This document shows positions 47,574 through 57,700 of a stretch of 64,000 nt of DNA, piece by piece. The DNA comes from Dehalococcoidia bacterium (lineage in GTDB: Bacteria; Chloroflexota; Dehalococcoidia; Plut-88900). The stretch covers positions 1,600,001 to 1,664,000 of the forward strand of contig OZ240219.1 of the NCBI GenBank assembly GCA_965197645.1, in the 5' to 3' direction. Position 1 is the stretch's first letter; the number at the start of each line of letters is the position of its first letter. A program made the position numbers and the translations under genes. Under the pieces are notes generated by a model. That model saw nothing but the letters and a program-made list of their open reading frames with translations, was not told where the DNA came from and did no database searches.

Positions 47574-48770
47574 CTAGCCCGAAGCGTCAAGAAACCTCTC
47601 TCCTGCCTCGGCGCTTACTAGGCGGTATACCTCCTGCAGCGGAAGCTTCTTGGTCCTGGCGATGGAGCGGCACGCCTCGTACTCGGGGGATACTCCCACC
47701 GGCGTCCCGTGTATAAGCTTCACCTTCACCGTCACCCGCCCCAGCGACGAATCGAACTCCCTGACCTCTCGTTCCGCCTCGACCCTCCGTACCGATCTGA
47801 TGCGTAAACCAAGACTGGAGGTCTCCCGGAGCACGATCTCTGCCAACCGGCCTTCGTCCTTAGGGGATGCCAGGACGCTCAGCATGGTCGCCGGCCGTCC
47901 CTTCTTCATCTGGATGGGTGTGAACCACACATCCCTTGCCTTGGCCTCGAACAGTCTCTCCATGACGTAGCCGTACATCTCCGGGTTCATATCGTCGATG
48001 TTGGTCTCCAACACGGATAGTGTGGTGCTTCCCAGGCTTCCGGCGACCCCTCCCAGCCAGACGGACAATGCGTTGGGGTAGGCCCCCAGCTCCTTCGACC
48101 CCAGACCATATCCCACCTGTTGCACAGCGAGGTCAGGCGCATCGAAGGATGCCAGGGTGGTCAGGAAGGCTACGCCCGTCGGGGTCGATAGCTCCGTGTT
48201 GGGTCGAGAGGTTGGCCTGATGGGAGCCCCGGCCATCGATACAAGCTCCAACACGGCAGGTCCCGGGGCTGGTATCCTGCCGTGCTGAGATGACACCGTG
48301 CCGCTTCCCGACGGAATGGGGGAGGAAAAGACCCGGTCTACTCCCAGCAGCTCCAGCCCTACACAGCCACCAACCACGTCTACTATCGAGTCCACGGCCC
48401 CGACCTCGTGAAACCTCACTTCTTCGATAGTGGTCCTGTGTACCTTGGCCTCGGCTTCGGCCAGCCGGCGGAAGACCGTACCGGAACGCTCCTTGACCCG
48501 GGGCGGCAGGTCGCTGGCACAGATGATAGAGAGGATGTTGTTCAGCGATCGATGCTCCACCGGCACAGCTTTATCCACAACCACTGTAACCTTCGTGCCG
48601 TTGAGGCCGCCCCGTACGTCACGCCTGGAATCGATGCGATACCCGTCCAAGTCCAGCTTGGACAGCTCGCCGGACAACGATCGGACCGAGAGGCCCGCAT
48701 CCACGAGCGCTCCCAGGATCATGTCCCCGCTGACGCCGCCGATGCACTGGAAATAGGCCGACCGGGTCAT
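47574..48770 (-). CDS. larC: Nickel-pincer cofactor nickel-insertion protein LarC
   Basis: 'GVSGDMILGALVD', 'AEAKVH', 'FHEVGAVDSIVD', 'TPTG', 'LETNIDD', 'MKKGRP' and 'PEYE'. Confidence 0.93.
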   Translation of the reverse strand: MTRSAYFQCIGGVSGDMILGALVDAGLSVRSLSGELSKLDLDGYRIDSRRDVRGGLNGTKVTVVVDKAVPVEHRSLNNILSIICASDLPPRVKERSGTVFRRLAEAEAKVHRTTIEEVRFHEVGAVDSIVDVVGGCVGLELLGVDRVFSSPIPSGSGTVSSQHGRIPAPGPAVLELVSMAGAPIRPTSRPNTELSTPTGVAFLTTLASFDAPDLAVQQVGYGLGSKELGAYPNALSVWLGGVAGSLGSTTLSVLETNIDDMNPEMYGYVMERLFEAKARDVWFTPIQMKKGRPATMLSVLASPKDEGRLAEIVLRETSSLGLRIRSVRRVEAEREVREFDSSLGRVTVKVKLIHGTPVGVSPEYEACRSIARTKKLPLQEVYRLVSAEAGERFLDASG

Positions 48771-48785
48771 TCCGCCGTCAAGCAA

Positions 48786-50168
48786 TCACTCACCCTTGCG
48801 TCCTGGAACAGCGGCCCTGACCGCCTCCGAGAGCATGCCCACCCGTACCAACTCCATTCCCGGCGGGGCCTTTACATGTCCCCTGGCCGAGCTCGAAATT
48901 ATACCCTTGCAGAACCCCATCTTGGCCGCCTCTTTCAATCGACGTTCAACCTGGCCGACGGAGCGGACCTCGCCGCTGAGCCCCAGCTCTCCCATGGCCA
49001 CCAGATCGGGGTCCATAGGTATGTCCCGCATGCTGGAAACTATGGCCAGCGCTATTCCGAGGTCGGCCGCCGGTTCGTTCACCCTGAGACCGCCGACAAC
49101 GTTTACTATCACATCCTGGTTGGCCAGCGAGAGCCTCAATCTCTTGCTCAGGATTGCGGTGACGAGCAACAGCCGGTTCTGCTCCACGCCGTTGGCCGTA
49201 CGGCGGGGAAGATTGAAGCTGGTCATGCTGGTCAGGGCCTGGATCTCCACCATCAGCGGTCTCGTCCCCTCCAGCGTCGGAACGATGGCCGAACCCACGG
49301 ACCCGGACATCCTCTCCGAGAGAAACACCTGAGAAGGGTCGGAAACGTCCGCCAGTCCCGAGTCCCCCATCTCGAAGATTCCCACCTCGTTGGTGGAACC
49401 GAACCGGTTCTTAACGCCCCGGAGGAGCCGGTAGGAGCTGTAGGACTCACCCTCCAGGTAAAGCACCACGTCCACCATGTGCTCCAGCAAGCGGGGTCCG
49501 GCTATGGCGCCGTCCTTGGTCACGTGACCGGTGATGCAGACGGGCACCTTGGTGGACTTGCACCACTCCATAATCCGCCAGGTCGCCTCGCGGACCTGTC
49601 CTATCGTCCCCGGCGACGACTGGGAGCTCTCCAGGTATACGGCCTGGATCGAATCGATTATCACCAGGAAGGGCCGCAGCTGGTCCATATGGTGGATTAT
49701 CGAGTCCAGGTTGTTATCGGCTACTACGTAGAGGCCCCGCCCGGAAACCCCCAACCTGGTTGCGCGGAGGCTTATCTGCTGGTCCGACTCCTCTCCCGAT
49801 ACATATAGCACCGGTCTTCCTTCACCGGCCAGAGCGGCGGCCGTCTGCAGCAGCAGCGTCGACTTGCCTATGCCCGGTTCGCCGGCGATGAGTAGAAGAG
49901 AGCCGGGAACGATACCTCCGCCCAGCACCCTGTTGAACTCCACTGACGGCGGCTGGATGCGCGGCGTCTGAGAGGCCGATATCGAGGCCAGCTCCTGAGG
50001 TGGAGTGGACTGGGCATCCGGTATCCGTTTGGCGGCGCTCCGAGCTTTGCGTACCACCTCGTCCAGGGTGTTCCACAATGAGCAGTGGGGACAACGGCCC
50101 TCCCACCTGGGGCTTTCGCCTCCGCACTCGCGGCAGATGAAGGAGGTCTTTGTCTGCTCTTTCGCCAT
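48786..50168 (-). CDS. radA: DNA repair protein RadA/Sms
   Basis: Zn finger CRECG...CPHC, 'GEPGIGKST', 'KNRFG' and a Lon-like C-terminus. Start reset to MAKEQ. Confidence 0.97.
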   Translation of the reverse strand: MAKEQTKTSFICRECGGESPRWEGRCPHCSLWNTLDEVVRKARSAAKRIPDAQSTPPQELASISASQTPRIQPPSVEFNRVLGGGIVPGSLLLIAGEPGIGKSTLLLQTAAALAGEGRPVLYVSGEESDQQISLRATRLGVSGRGLYVVADNNLDSIIHHMDQLRPFLVIIDSIQAVYLESSQSSPGTIGQVREATWRIMEWCKSTKVPVCITGHVTKDGAIAGPRLLEHMVDVVLYLEGESYSSYRLLRGVKNRFGSTNEVGIFEMGDSGLADVSDPSQVFLSERMSGSVGSAIVPTLEGTRPLMVEIQALTSMTSFNLPRRTANGVEQNRLLLVTAILSKRLRLSLANQDVIVNVVGGLRVNEPAADLGIALAIVSSMRDIPMDPDLVAMGELGLSGEVRSVGQVERRLKEAAKMGFCKGIISSSARGHVKAPPGMELVRVGMLSEAVRAAVPGRKGE

Positions 50169-50260
50169 CGGTGTTACAACGTTGGCAGAAGGCCGCAGAA
50201 ACGTCAAGAGGGAAGCTCACGAGCTTCCCTCTTGGTAAATGTGCTGTGGTTTCTCTCAGA

Positions 50261-52720
50261 TCAGTGTTTGGCCAGCTCTGCCACCGGCCCGATGCTGAGC
50301 TCATCTTCGTCACGGTCTATCAGCACCGTACTGCCGGCCTCGTAGTTACCCTCGAGCAGGTTCTCCGAAAGGGGGTCCTCCACCAGGTCCTGTATGAGCC
50401 GCCTCAGAGGTCGTGCACCGAAGATGGGGTCGTACCCTTTGTCCGCCAGCAGCTGCTTGGCCGGTTCGGTAACCTCCAGATCGATGTCCTTCTCCTTCAG
50501 GTTCTCCCTGACCTCCTCCATCAACAGATCGACAATCTGGAGGATGTGCTCCTGGTTGAGGGCGTGGAAGACCACTATGCCGTCAATCCGGTTCAGGAAC
50601 TCGGGGCGGAAGAACCGTTTGACCTCTGACAGGACCTTGTCCTTCATACGCTGATAAGCTTCTTCGGAGGTCCTCTCGTCTTCGTCAGAGGTCGAGAATC
50701 CGAGCCGGTTGTCTCGCTTGATCAGCTCGGCGCCGATGTTGCTGGTCATGGTGATGATGGTGTTGCGGAAGTCGACCTTCCGGCCTTTGGCATCGGTGAG
50801 GTGGCCGTCGTCGAAGATCTGGAGCAACATGTTGAAGACGTCGGGATGGGCCTTCTCGATTTCGTCCAGCAGGATGGCCGAGTAGGACTTGCGGCGCACC
50901 GTTTCGGTGAGCTGGCCGCCTTCGTCGTAGCCGATGTATCCGGGAGGCGCTCCCACCAGCCTGGCGACGGCGTGCCTTTCCATGAACTCAGACATGTCCA
51001 GCCGGATCAGGGAGTCCTCGCTGCCGAACATAAACTCGGCGAGCACTCGGACCAGGTACGTCTTGCCCACGCCGGTGGGACCCAGGAATATGAAGTTCCC
51101 GATGGGCCTGCGGCGGTCTTTGAGTCCCGCCCTAGCCCTGCGAACGGCTTTGGCCACTATCTTGATGGCCTCGTCCTGACCCACTATCTTTTCGTGCAGG
51201 GCCTCTTCCATGTGAAGGAGCCGCTCCGTCTCTTCCGAGGCCAGCCGCGTTACGGGAATACCGGTCCACATCGCTACTACCTCAGCGATGTCATCGGCGG
51301 TCACTACGGGCCTGTCCTGCTCTTGCTCGTCCTCCCAGTCCGTTTCCAGGCCCTCCAGCTTCCCTGCCAGGCTAAGCTCTCGCTCCCGGAGCTGAGCTGC
51401 TTCCTCGTACTGCTGGGACTCTATCGCAGACTCCTTATCCCGCTTTACGCTGTCCAGGACGGACATCGCCTCTTTCAGGGACAGGGGCATAGAGCTGTTG
51501 TGGATCCGTACCCGGGACGAGGCCTCATCGACGAGGTCTATGGCCTTATCGGGCAGATGACGGTCGGTGATGTATCGCGAGGCGAGGTTGGCCGCGTTCT
51601 CCAGCGCCTCGTCGCTGATGACCAGCTTGTGGTGTTCTTCGTAGCGGCTCTTGACGCCCCTCAGAATGTCTACAGTGTCCTCTACGCTGGGCTCCTCCAC
51701 CTTAATGGGCTGGAACCTGCGCTCCAGAGCCGCGTCTCGTTCCACGTGCTTTCGGTAATCGTCGGGTGTGGTGGCGCCGATGCACTGCAGTTCGCCTCGT
51801 GCCAGGGAGGGCTTGAGGATGTTGGCAGCGTCCACCGCGCCTTCCGCCGCTCCTGCACCGACGATGGTGTGCATCTCGTCTATGAACAATACGCAGTTAC
51901 CGGAGGTCTTGATCTCTTCGATCACCTTCTTCAGACGCTCTTCAAACTCGCCTCGATACTTGGTTCCCGCCACGAGGGCGCCCATGTCCAGGGTGACCAG
52001 CCTCTTGCCCTGAAGGGTGTCCGGGATATCGCCGGAGGAGATCCTCTGGGCCAGCGCCTCTACGACCGAGGTCTTTCCGACTCCCGGCTCACCGATGAGG
52101 CACGGGTTGTTCTTGGTCCGTCTGCTGAGGATCTGGACTACCCGCTCTATCTCCTGCTGCCGGCCTATGACAGGGTCCAGCTTTCCGGACTTTGCGGCCT
52201 CGGTCAGGTCCACGCCCAACTGGTCCAGGGTAGGTGTGCGGACCGTGCCCCGAGCGCCCGATTGGGCCTGGGCAAAGTTCTGGCTGAGCATTCGCGTTGT
52301 TTCGGAACGGGTCTTCTCCAGGTTTACTCCCAGGCTCTCCAATACGCCGGCGGCCACGCCGTCGCCTTCCCGCAGTAGGCCGATAAGCAGGTGCTCGGTG
52401 CCTATGTACTGGTGGTTCAACCGGCGGGCCTCATCGACGGCGAGCTCAATAACCTTCTTCGCCCTGGGCGTCAGGCCGATTTCGCTCTCTGAGGTGGTCT
52501 CGCCCCGGCCGATGATGAACTCGACGGCGGATCGGACCTTGTTGAGCTGCACGCCAAGGTTAACCAGGACCTTGGCAGCCACACAGTCCGGCTCCCTCAC
52601 CAGGCCCAAGAGGATGTGTTCCGTTCCTATGTAGTTGTGGTTGAAGTTCTGGGCCTCTTCCTGGGCCAGGGAGAGTACCCTTCTCGCCCGTTCTGAGAAC
52701 TTTTCAAATCTGCTTGCCAT
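50261..52720 (-). CDS. clpC: ATP-dependent Clp protease ATP-binding subunit ClpC
   Basis: Two Clp_N repeats (GTEH), AAA1 'GEPGVGKT', a UVR middle domain, AAA2 'GPTGVGKT' and the 'LGF' ClpP loop. Confidence 0.97.
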   Translation of the reverse strand: MASRFEKFSERARRVLSLAQEEAQNFNHNYIGTEHILLGLVREPDCVAAKVLVNLGVQLNKVRSAVEFIIGRGETTSESEIGLTPRAKKVIELAVDEARRLNHQYIGTEHLLIGLLREGDGVAAGVLESLGVNLEKTRSETTRMLSQNFAQAQSGARGTVRTPTLDQLGVDLTEAAKSGKLDPVIGRQQEIERVVQILSRRTKNNPCLIGEPGVGKTSVVEALAQRISSGDIPDTLQGKRLVTLDMGALVAGTKYRGEFEERLKKVIEEIKTSGNCVLFIDEMHTIVGAGAAEGAVDAANILKPSLARGELQCIGATTPDDYRKHVERDAALERRFQPIKVEEPSVEDTVDILRGVKSRYEEHHKLVISDEALENAANLASRYITDRHLPDKAIDLVDEASSRVRIHNSSMPLSLKEAMSVLDSVKRDKESAIESQQYEEAAQLRERELSLAGKLEGLETDWEDEQEQDRPVVTADDIAEVVAMWTGIPVTRLASEETERLLHMEEALHEKIVGQDEAIKIVAKAVRRARAGLKDRRRPIGNFIFLGPTGVGKTYLVRVLAEFMFGSEDSLIRLDMSEFMERHAVARLVGAPPGYIGYDEGGQLTETVRRKSYSAILLDEIEKAHPDVFNMLLQIFDDGHLTDAKGRKVDFRNTIITMTSNIGAELIKRDNRLGFSTSDEDERTSEEAYQRMKDKVLSEVKRFFRPEFLNRIDGIVVFHALNQEHILQIVDLLMEEVRENLKEKDIDLEVTEPAKQLLADKGYDPIFGARPLRRLIQDLVEDPLSENLLEGNYEAGSTVLIDRDEDELSIGPVAELAKH

Positions 52721-52786
52721 GTCGTGATCTCCCAGGCAGTTTTAGAACGCCGAATGGGACCGGCCCGGCCGTCAGCCGTTACCCCG

Positions 52787-54016
52787 CTATCTATCCCCCT
52801 CGGGGTAAGCCTCGTCGGTTGGGGATGCCTCATCCGATGCAGTTTCCTCTGTACCATATCGGGTATCAGAGAAATCCAGAGCAGGCGCCGACGGAGCTTG
52901 TCTTAGACTGAGAGCAAGCCTTCTCCGTTCCGGTTCTATGCGTAGTATCTTTAGGGTGAGGACATCACCCTCGTTCACCACCTCCTCGGGGCTGGCGATC
53001 GGTGCATCGCTCAACTCCGAAATGTGTATCAGGCCCTCTATGGACTCGTCCAGACTGACAAAGGCGCCGAAGGTAGTGAGCTTGGTTACAGTGCCGTTTA
53101 CCAGCTGATCGACATAGTACTTCTGGTGGATCGTCTCCCATGGCTCCGGATGGAGCCGTCTGAAGCTGAGGGCTATCTTCTTCGCTTCCTGGTCCACCTT
53201 CAGCACGAACGTATCTACTTCGTCACCTATACTCAACGTTTTTTCGGGCGATTCGGAACGTCCCCAGGAAAACTCCGAGAGATGTACAAGTCCGTCCACA
53301 CCGCCGATGTCCACGAAGGCGCCGAACTCCCGGATGCCCGTCACCCGGCCTTTGCGGACCTCTCCTTCCTTGATCTCCTGGAAGATCTGGTCTCGCAGAT
53401 GCTCCCGTTCCTCCCGCAAGACCTGCTTCTCCGACAGGATCAGCCTGTTGCGTCGCCGGTTGATTTCGATAACCTTGAGCCTCAACTCTTTGCCTACGAC
53501 TGCAGCTAGCGGGCTGGAGGCCGGGTCTTCGGGGTTGGGGTTGAAGGGCAGATTTACAAGCTGGGACATGGGAACGAAGCCGCGAACGCCCTCGATGTTC
53601 ACCAGCAGCCCGCCCTTGTTGAAGTCTACTGCCTTGCCCTCCACTATCTCCCCGTTATCGAAGTACTGTTGGAGGGTGTGCCAGCCCTTCTCGCCCTGGG
53701 CCCGGTCGATGGAGAGGAGTATGCCGTCTTCTCTCTCGTCCGTCTGCACCACGTAGGCGAGAACGTCGTCCCCGGTCGTAATGTTTTCCAGCTCCTGGGG
53801 GTCCAGGGTGCGCATCTCCCGGGAGGGTATAATCCCCTCCGTCTTGGCGCCCACGTCCACCAGCAGCCCGTCTCGATCCTTCCTAACTACAACTCCGCTT
53901 ACCAGATCGCCGCGCCGGAGGACCTTCGCCCCTTCCGCCTCGTCCAGGAGTTGCTGCATCGAAGGGACGGCCTGGGAGGGTTCGGTCTGCGTTTCCTGTT
54001 GCTCTGATCCGTTCAT
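52787..54016 (-). CDS. rpsA: 30S ribosomal protein S1 (four S1 domains)
   Basis: Repeated S1 motifs 'FGAFVD.GGVDGLVHLSE' and 'FGAFV....EGLIHISEL'. Confidence 0.93.
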   Translation of the reverse strand: MNGSEQQETQTEPSQAVPSMQQLLDEAEGAKVLRRGDLVSGVVVRKDRDGLLVDVGAKTEGIIPSREMRTLDPQELENITTGDDVLAYVVQTDEREDGILLSIDRAQGEKGWHTLQQYFDNGEIVEGKAVDFNKGGLLVNIEGVRGFVPMSQLVNLPFNPNPEDPASSPLAAVVGKELRLKVIEINRRRNRLILSEKQVLREEREHLRDQIFQEIKEGEVRKGRVTGIREFGAFVDIGGVDGLVHLSEFSWGRSESPEKTLSIGDEVDTFVLKVDQEAKKIALSFRRLHPEPWETIHQKYYVDQLVNGTVTKLTTFGAFVSLDESIEGLIHISELSDAPIASPEEVVNEGDVLTLKILRIEPERRRLALSLRQAPSAPALDFSDTRYGTEETASDEASPTDEAYPEGDR

Positions 54017-54029
54017 CAGCTTGTAGCCT

Positions 54030-54059
54030 ATTATAGTAAAGGGGTGGATGCAGTGTAAA
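54030..54059 (-). promoter_or_regulatory. rpsA promoter
   Basis: TTTACA-N18-TATAAT, ending 13 nt before the ATG. Confidence 0.6.
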
Positions 54060-54272
54060 GGCGAAAGTTGTTGCTTGTACGCTACCGGCGTGAAAGTAAT
54101 TGTCTATAAGTATACGTCAACGGGATACGCCATTCTATTCGACTGGCGAAGGAAAGCGCAACACCCGCGCCGCCCGGCATTCATGAGATTTCTCGGCACG
54201 GCCGGCCCGATTTACCGGCTTGTCAGGGACAAGGCCCCTTACCCTTGTACAATGGACCGTGTCGTATTGTTT

Positions 54273-54302
54273 TTGCTGCAGCAAAGCGTCGTGTGCTATA
54301 AT
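54273..54302 (+). promoter_or_regulatory. rpsO-pnp promoter
   Basis: TTGCTG-N18-TATAAT with extended -10 TGcTATAAT. Confidence 0.6.
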
Positions 54303-54326
54303 CTCCAGAAATACTAGAGGAAGTAG

Positions 54327-54581
54327 TTGGACAAGCAGGAAACCGTCGAGGAATTCAGACTCCACGATTCTGACACAGGATCTACAGAGGTACAGGTAGC
54401 TCTCCTCACCCGGAGGGTCTCCGAACTATCGGACCATATGCGTGCTCATAGGCACGATTATCACAGCCGGCGGGGGTTGCTGATGATGGTGGGCCAGCGC
54501 AGGCGGCTACTGGAGTACCTCAACAGAACAGATGTCAACCGTTACCGTTCCCTGATAAGCCGGTTAGGCCTCAGGCGATAG
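54327..54581 (+). CDS. rpsO: 30S ribosomal protein S15
   Basis: '[13 protein letters not shown]' and '[22 protein letters not shown]'. Confidence 0.98.
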   Translation: MDKQETVEEFRLHDSDTGSTEVQVALLTRRVSELSDHMRAHRHDYHSRRGLLMMVGQRRRLLEYLNRTDVNRYRSLISRLGLRR

Positions 54582-54617
54582 GTTTTTTCCTCACCCTGCC
54601 CACGATTTATAGCAAGT

Positions 54618-56864
54618 TTGATAAACACCAAGACCTTTCATCGCACCGTAGGCGGCAAACCCCTCACTCTTGAGACCGGCAGGTTAGCTGCACAAGCCCA
54701 AGGCTCCGTGATGGTAACCTACGGGGAAACCGTAGTCCTAGTCACCGCCTGTATATCGCCCCAACCGAGACCGGGCATAGACTTCTTCCCCCTAACGGTT
54801 GACTTCGAAGAGCGGTTCTACGCCGCGGGCAAGATCCCCGGCGGATTCTTCAAACGGGAGGGTAGACCCAGCCAGGATGCCATCCTGACCTGCCGCCTTG
54901 TGGACCGTCCTCTGCGCCCCCTGTTCCCCAAGGGCATGCGCAACGATGTACAGATAGTCATTACAGTCCTATCCACTGATCGGGAGAACGAACCGGATAT
55001 CCCCGCCATTCTCGGCGCCTCCGCTGCATTGGGCGTATCTGAAATCCCCTTCAACGGCCCCATAGCCGGCACCAGGGTCGGATACATCGATGGAGAGCTG
55101 GTAGTAAATCCGACATACTCCGATCTGTTGCGTAGCAGCCTCGATCTAGTGGTTGTCGGAACCCGCGACGCCGTGGTCATGATAGAAGCGGGCGCTGATG
55201 AACTTTCGGAAGACCTGGTCCTGGAGGCCGTCAAGTTCGGCCAGGAAGCCAACCAGGAGCTGCTCGACCTCCAGGAAGAGTTGGTTAGAGAGTGTGGAAA
55301 CCCGAAGCGGAAGATCGCAGCCCCACCGGCCGCCGATGAAAACCTCATCGCCATGGTGAAGGACCGCCTGGGCGCCAAGATAGATGAGGTGCTGCAAGAG
55401 GTCAGAAGGAACGATCGGGAAACGGCCATCGCCCAGCTTGAGCAGGAAGCCGCCGAAATCCTTGGCGAAGACCATTCCCCGGACCTGGTCTCCGCCGCTG
55501 TGCAGTCCCAGGTGAAGAAAGCCATTCGCTCCAACATCCTGGACAATGGTGTCCGACCCGATGGCCGAAACCTGACCCAGATAAGGGATATCTCGTGCGA
55601 TGTTGGCCTGTTGCCCCGGACCCACGGCTCGGGGATGTTCACCAGGGGACAGACCCAGGTGTTGAGTATTACCACCCTGGGTTCCATCGGCGAGATGCAG
55701 AAGATAGATACCATCAGCCAGGAAGACCGCAAGCGGTTTATGCATCACTACAACTTCCCACCCTACAGCGTGGGGGAGGCGAGGCGGATGGGCTCTCCCG
55801 GGCGCCGGGAGATAGGGCACGGCGCCCTAGCAGAAAGGGCTATTGAGCCGATTATCCCCGATGAAGACGAGTTCCCCTACACCATAAGAATCGTGTCCGA
55901 GGCGCTTAGCTCCAACGGCAGCACCTCCATGGCCAGCGTTTGCGGAAGCAGCCTGTCTCTCATGGACGGGGGCGTTCCCATCAAGTCCCCGGTCGCCGGC
56001 ATCGCCATGGGGCTGGTAACCGACGACGACGGTCGATATGCCGTGCTCACCGATATTGCCGGCCTGGAAGATTTCATGGGCGACATGGACTTCAAGGTGG
56101 CGGGCACCGAGACGGGGATGACCGCCTGGCAACTCGATCTCAAGCTTACCGGCCTGAGCATGGACATCATCGAAAAGGCGATGCACCAGGCGATCGATGG
56201 TCGCAAAGAGATATTGAGCATCATGAACCGGACCATGAGCACCCCCCGCTCCGAGATGAGCCGGTACGCTCCGCGCATGACGAAGATCACCATAGACAAA
56301 GAGAAGATCGGAACGGTCATCGGTCCGGGCGGCAAGACCATCAGGGCCATCCAGGACGAGACCGGCACCTCCCTCGACATCGGGGACGATGGCACCATCA
56401 CCATTGGCTCCAGCGATCCCGAAGCAGCGGACAAGGCCGTAGCTATGGTCAAGAGTCTCACCGCCGAAGTGGAGGTGGGCACCGTATATACCGGCAAGGT
56501 GACCCGGCTCATGAACTTTGGCGCATTCGTCGAGATTCTGCCCGGCAAGGAAGGCCTGGTGCACATCAGTGAGTTGGCCGACCACCGGGTGGGCTCCGTT
56601 GAGGACGTGGTGAACGTGAACGACGAAATCACCGTCGTCGTTACCGAGATAGACCGGATGGGTCGCATCAATCTGTCGAAGCGGGCCGTGCAGGACAGAC
56701 TCTCCCAGGTTGGTGACGGAAGTGGCGGAGACGGGGCCGGTCAGCCCCGGCCAAGGGAACCTAGGAGAGACCGGCCTCCCCCCCGTAGACAAGGCGGACC
56801 TCCCAACCGAGGACAGTCCCGTCCCAACAGAGGTGATCAAGGCCAGCGGGATAGAAGACGGTAG
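54618..56864 (+). CDS. pnp: Polyribonucleotide nucleotidyltransferase (PNPase)
   Basis: 'FFPLTVD', 'RREIGHG', 'SNGSTSMAS' and 'GDMDFKVAG', plus KH and S1 domains. Confidence 0.98.
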   Translation: MINTKTFHRTVGGKPLTLETGRLAAQAQGSVMVTYGETVVLVTACISPQPRPGIDFFPLTVDFEERFYAAGKIPGGFFKREGRPSQDAILTCRLVDRPLRPLFPKGMRNDVQIVITVLSTDRENEPDIPAILGASAALGVSEIPFNGPIAGTRVGYIDGELVVNPTYSDLLRSSLDLVVVGTRDAVVMIEAGADELSEDLVLEAVKFGQEANQELLDLQEELVRECGNPKRKIAAPPAADENLIAMVKDRLGAKIDEVLQEVRRNDRETAIAQLEQEAAEILGEDHSPDLVSAAVQSQVKKAIRSNILDNGVRPDGRNLTQIRDISCDVGLLPRTHGSGMFTRGQTQVLSITTLGSIGEMQKIDTISQEDRKRFMHHYNFPPYSVGEARRMGSPGRREIGHGALAERAIEPIIPDEDEFPYTIRIVSEALSSNGSTSMASVCGSSLSLMDGGVPIKSPVAGIAMGLVTDDDGRYAVLTDIAGLEDFMGDMDFKVAGTETGMTAWQLDLKLTGLSMDIIEKAMHQAIDGRKEILSIMNRTMSTPRSEMSRYAPRMTKITIDKEKIGTVIGPGGKTIRAIQDETGTSLDIGDDGTITIGSSDPEAADKAVAMVKSLTAEVEVGTVYTGKVTRLMNFGAFVEILPGKEGLVHISELADHRVGSVEDVVNVNDEITVVVTEIDRMGRINLSKRAVQDRLSQVGDGSGGDGAGQPRPREPRRDRPPPRRQGGPPNRGQSRPNRGDQGQRDRRR

Positions 56865-56894
56865 GGACGCGGAAGGTCTTGTTGCAGGTGCTCG

Positions 56895-57698
56895 ATGACC
56901 CCTCTAAGCGTGGCCGTTCACGGAGCAACTGGACGCGTGGGACAGGAGATACTCAATGCCCTGCAAAACGACCCGGATATGGAGCCGGTCGGCGGAGTCT
57001 CCCTGGATGCCGGTGGCTCACCCCTCGTCCTTGCCGATAACGCGAAGAGTATTCCCCACACCCTGGACCTAGCCTCTCTCCTGGAGCAGTGCTCCCCCTC
57101 GGTAATCGTCGACTTTAGCCACATCGATGTATCCGTTCCCATGGCCCGTGAAGCCATCGGCAACGGAATCCACGTGGTCATCGGCACCTCGGGCTACACC
57201 CCGGAAGCCATCGCAGAGATCGATGAGGTAAGCCGGGAGAACAAGGTGGGGGCGGTCATCGCCTCAAATTTTGCCCTCGGCGCCGTCCTTATGATGCACA
57301 TGGCCAAGATGGCCGGTAAGTTCTTCGACTATGCCGAGATCATCGAGCTCCACCATCAGACCAAGGCGGATGCACCATCGGGCACGGCATTGTCCACCGC
57401 GCGGGACATGGTCAGGGCCAAGGGCAAGGCCTTCACCTCGGCTGCCACCCAAAAAGAGACTTTGCCCGGCACCAGGGGCGGATACATAGACGGCGTGGCT
57501 ATACACAGTGTAAGGACCCAGGGGATGGTGGCCCATCAGGAAGTGATTCTCGGTGGACTGGGCCAGACACTGACCATCCGCCACGATACCCACGGCCGGG
57601 AGTGTTACATCCCGGGAGTCCTCATGGCCATAAGACAGGTACCCAACAGGGTGGGCGTGGTCTACGGTCTGGACAAGCTGTTGGGTCTGGAGGAGTAG
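56895..57698 (+). CDS. dapB: 4-hydroxy-tetrahydrodipicolinate reductase
   Basis: 'GATGRVG', 'IGTSG', 'EIIELHHQTKADAPSGTA' and 'IHSVR'. Confidence 0.96.
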   Translation: MTPLSVAVHGATGRVGQEILNALQNDPDMEPVGGVSLDAGGSPLVLADNAKSIPHTLDLASLLEQCSPSVIVDFSHIDVSVPMAREAIGNGIHVVIGTSGYTPEAIAEIDEVSRENKVGAVIASNFALGAVLMMHMAKMAGKFFDYAEIIELHHQTKADAPSGTALSTARDMVRAKGKAFTSAATQKETLPGTRGGYIDGVAIHSVRTQGMVAHQEVILGGLGQTLTIRHDTHGRECYIPGVLMAIRQVPNRVGVVYGLDKLLGLEE

Positions 57699-57700
57699 AA

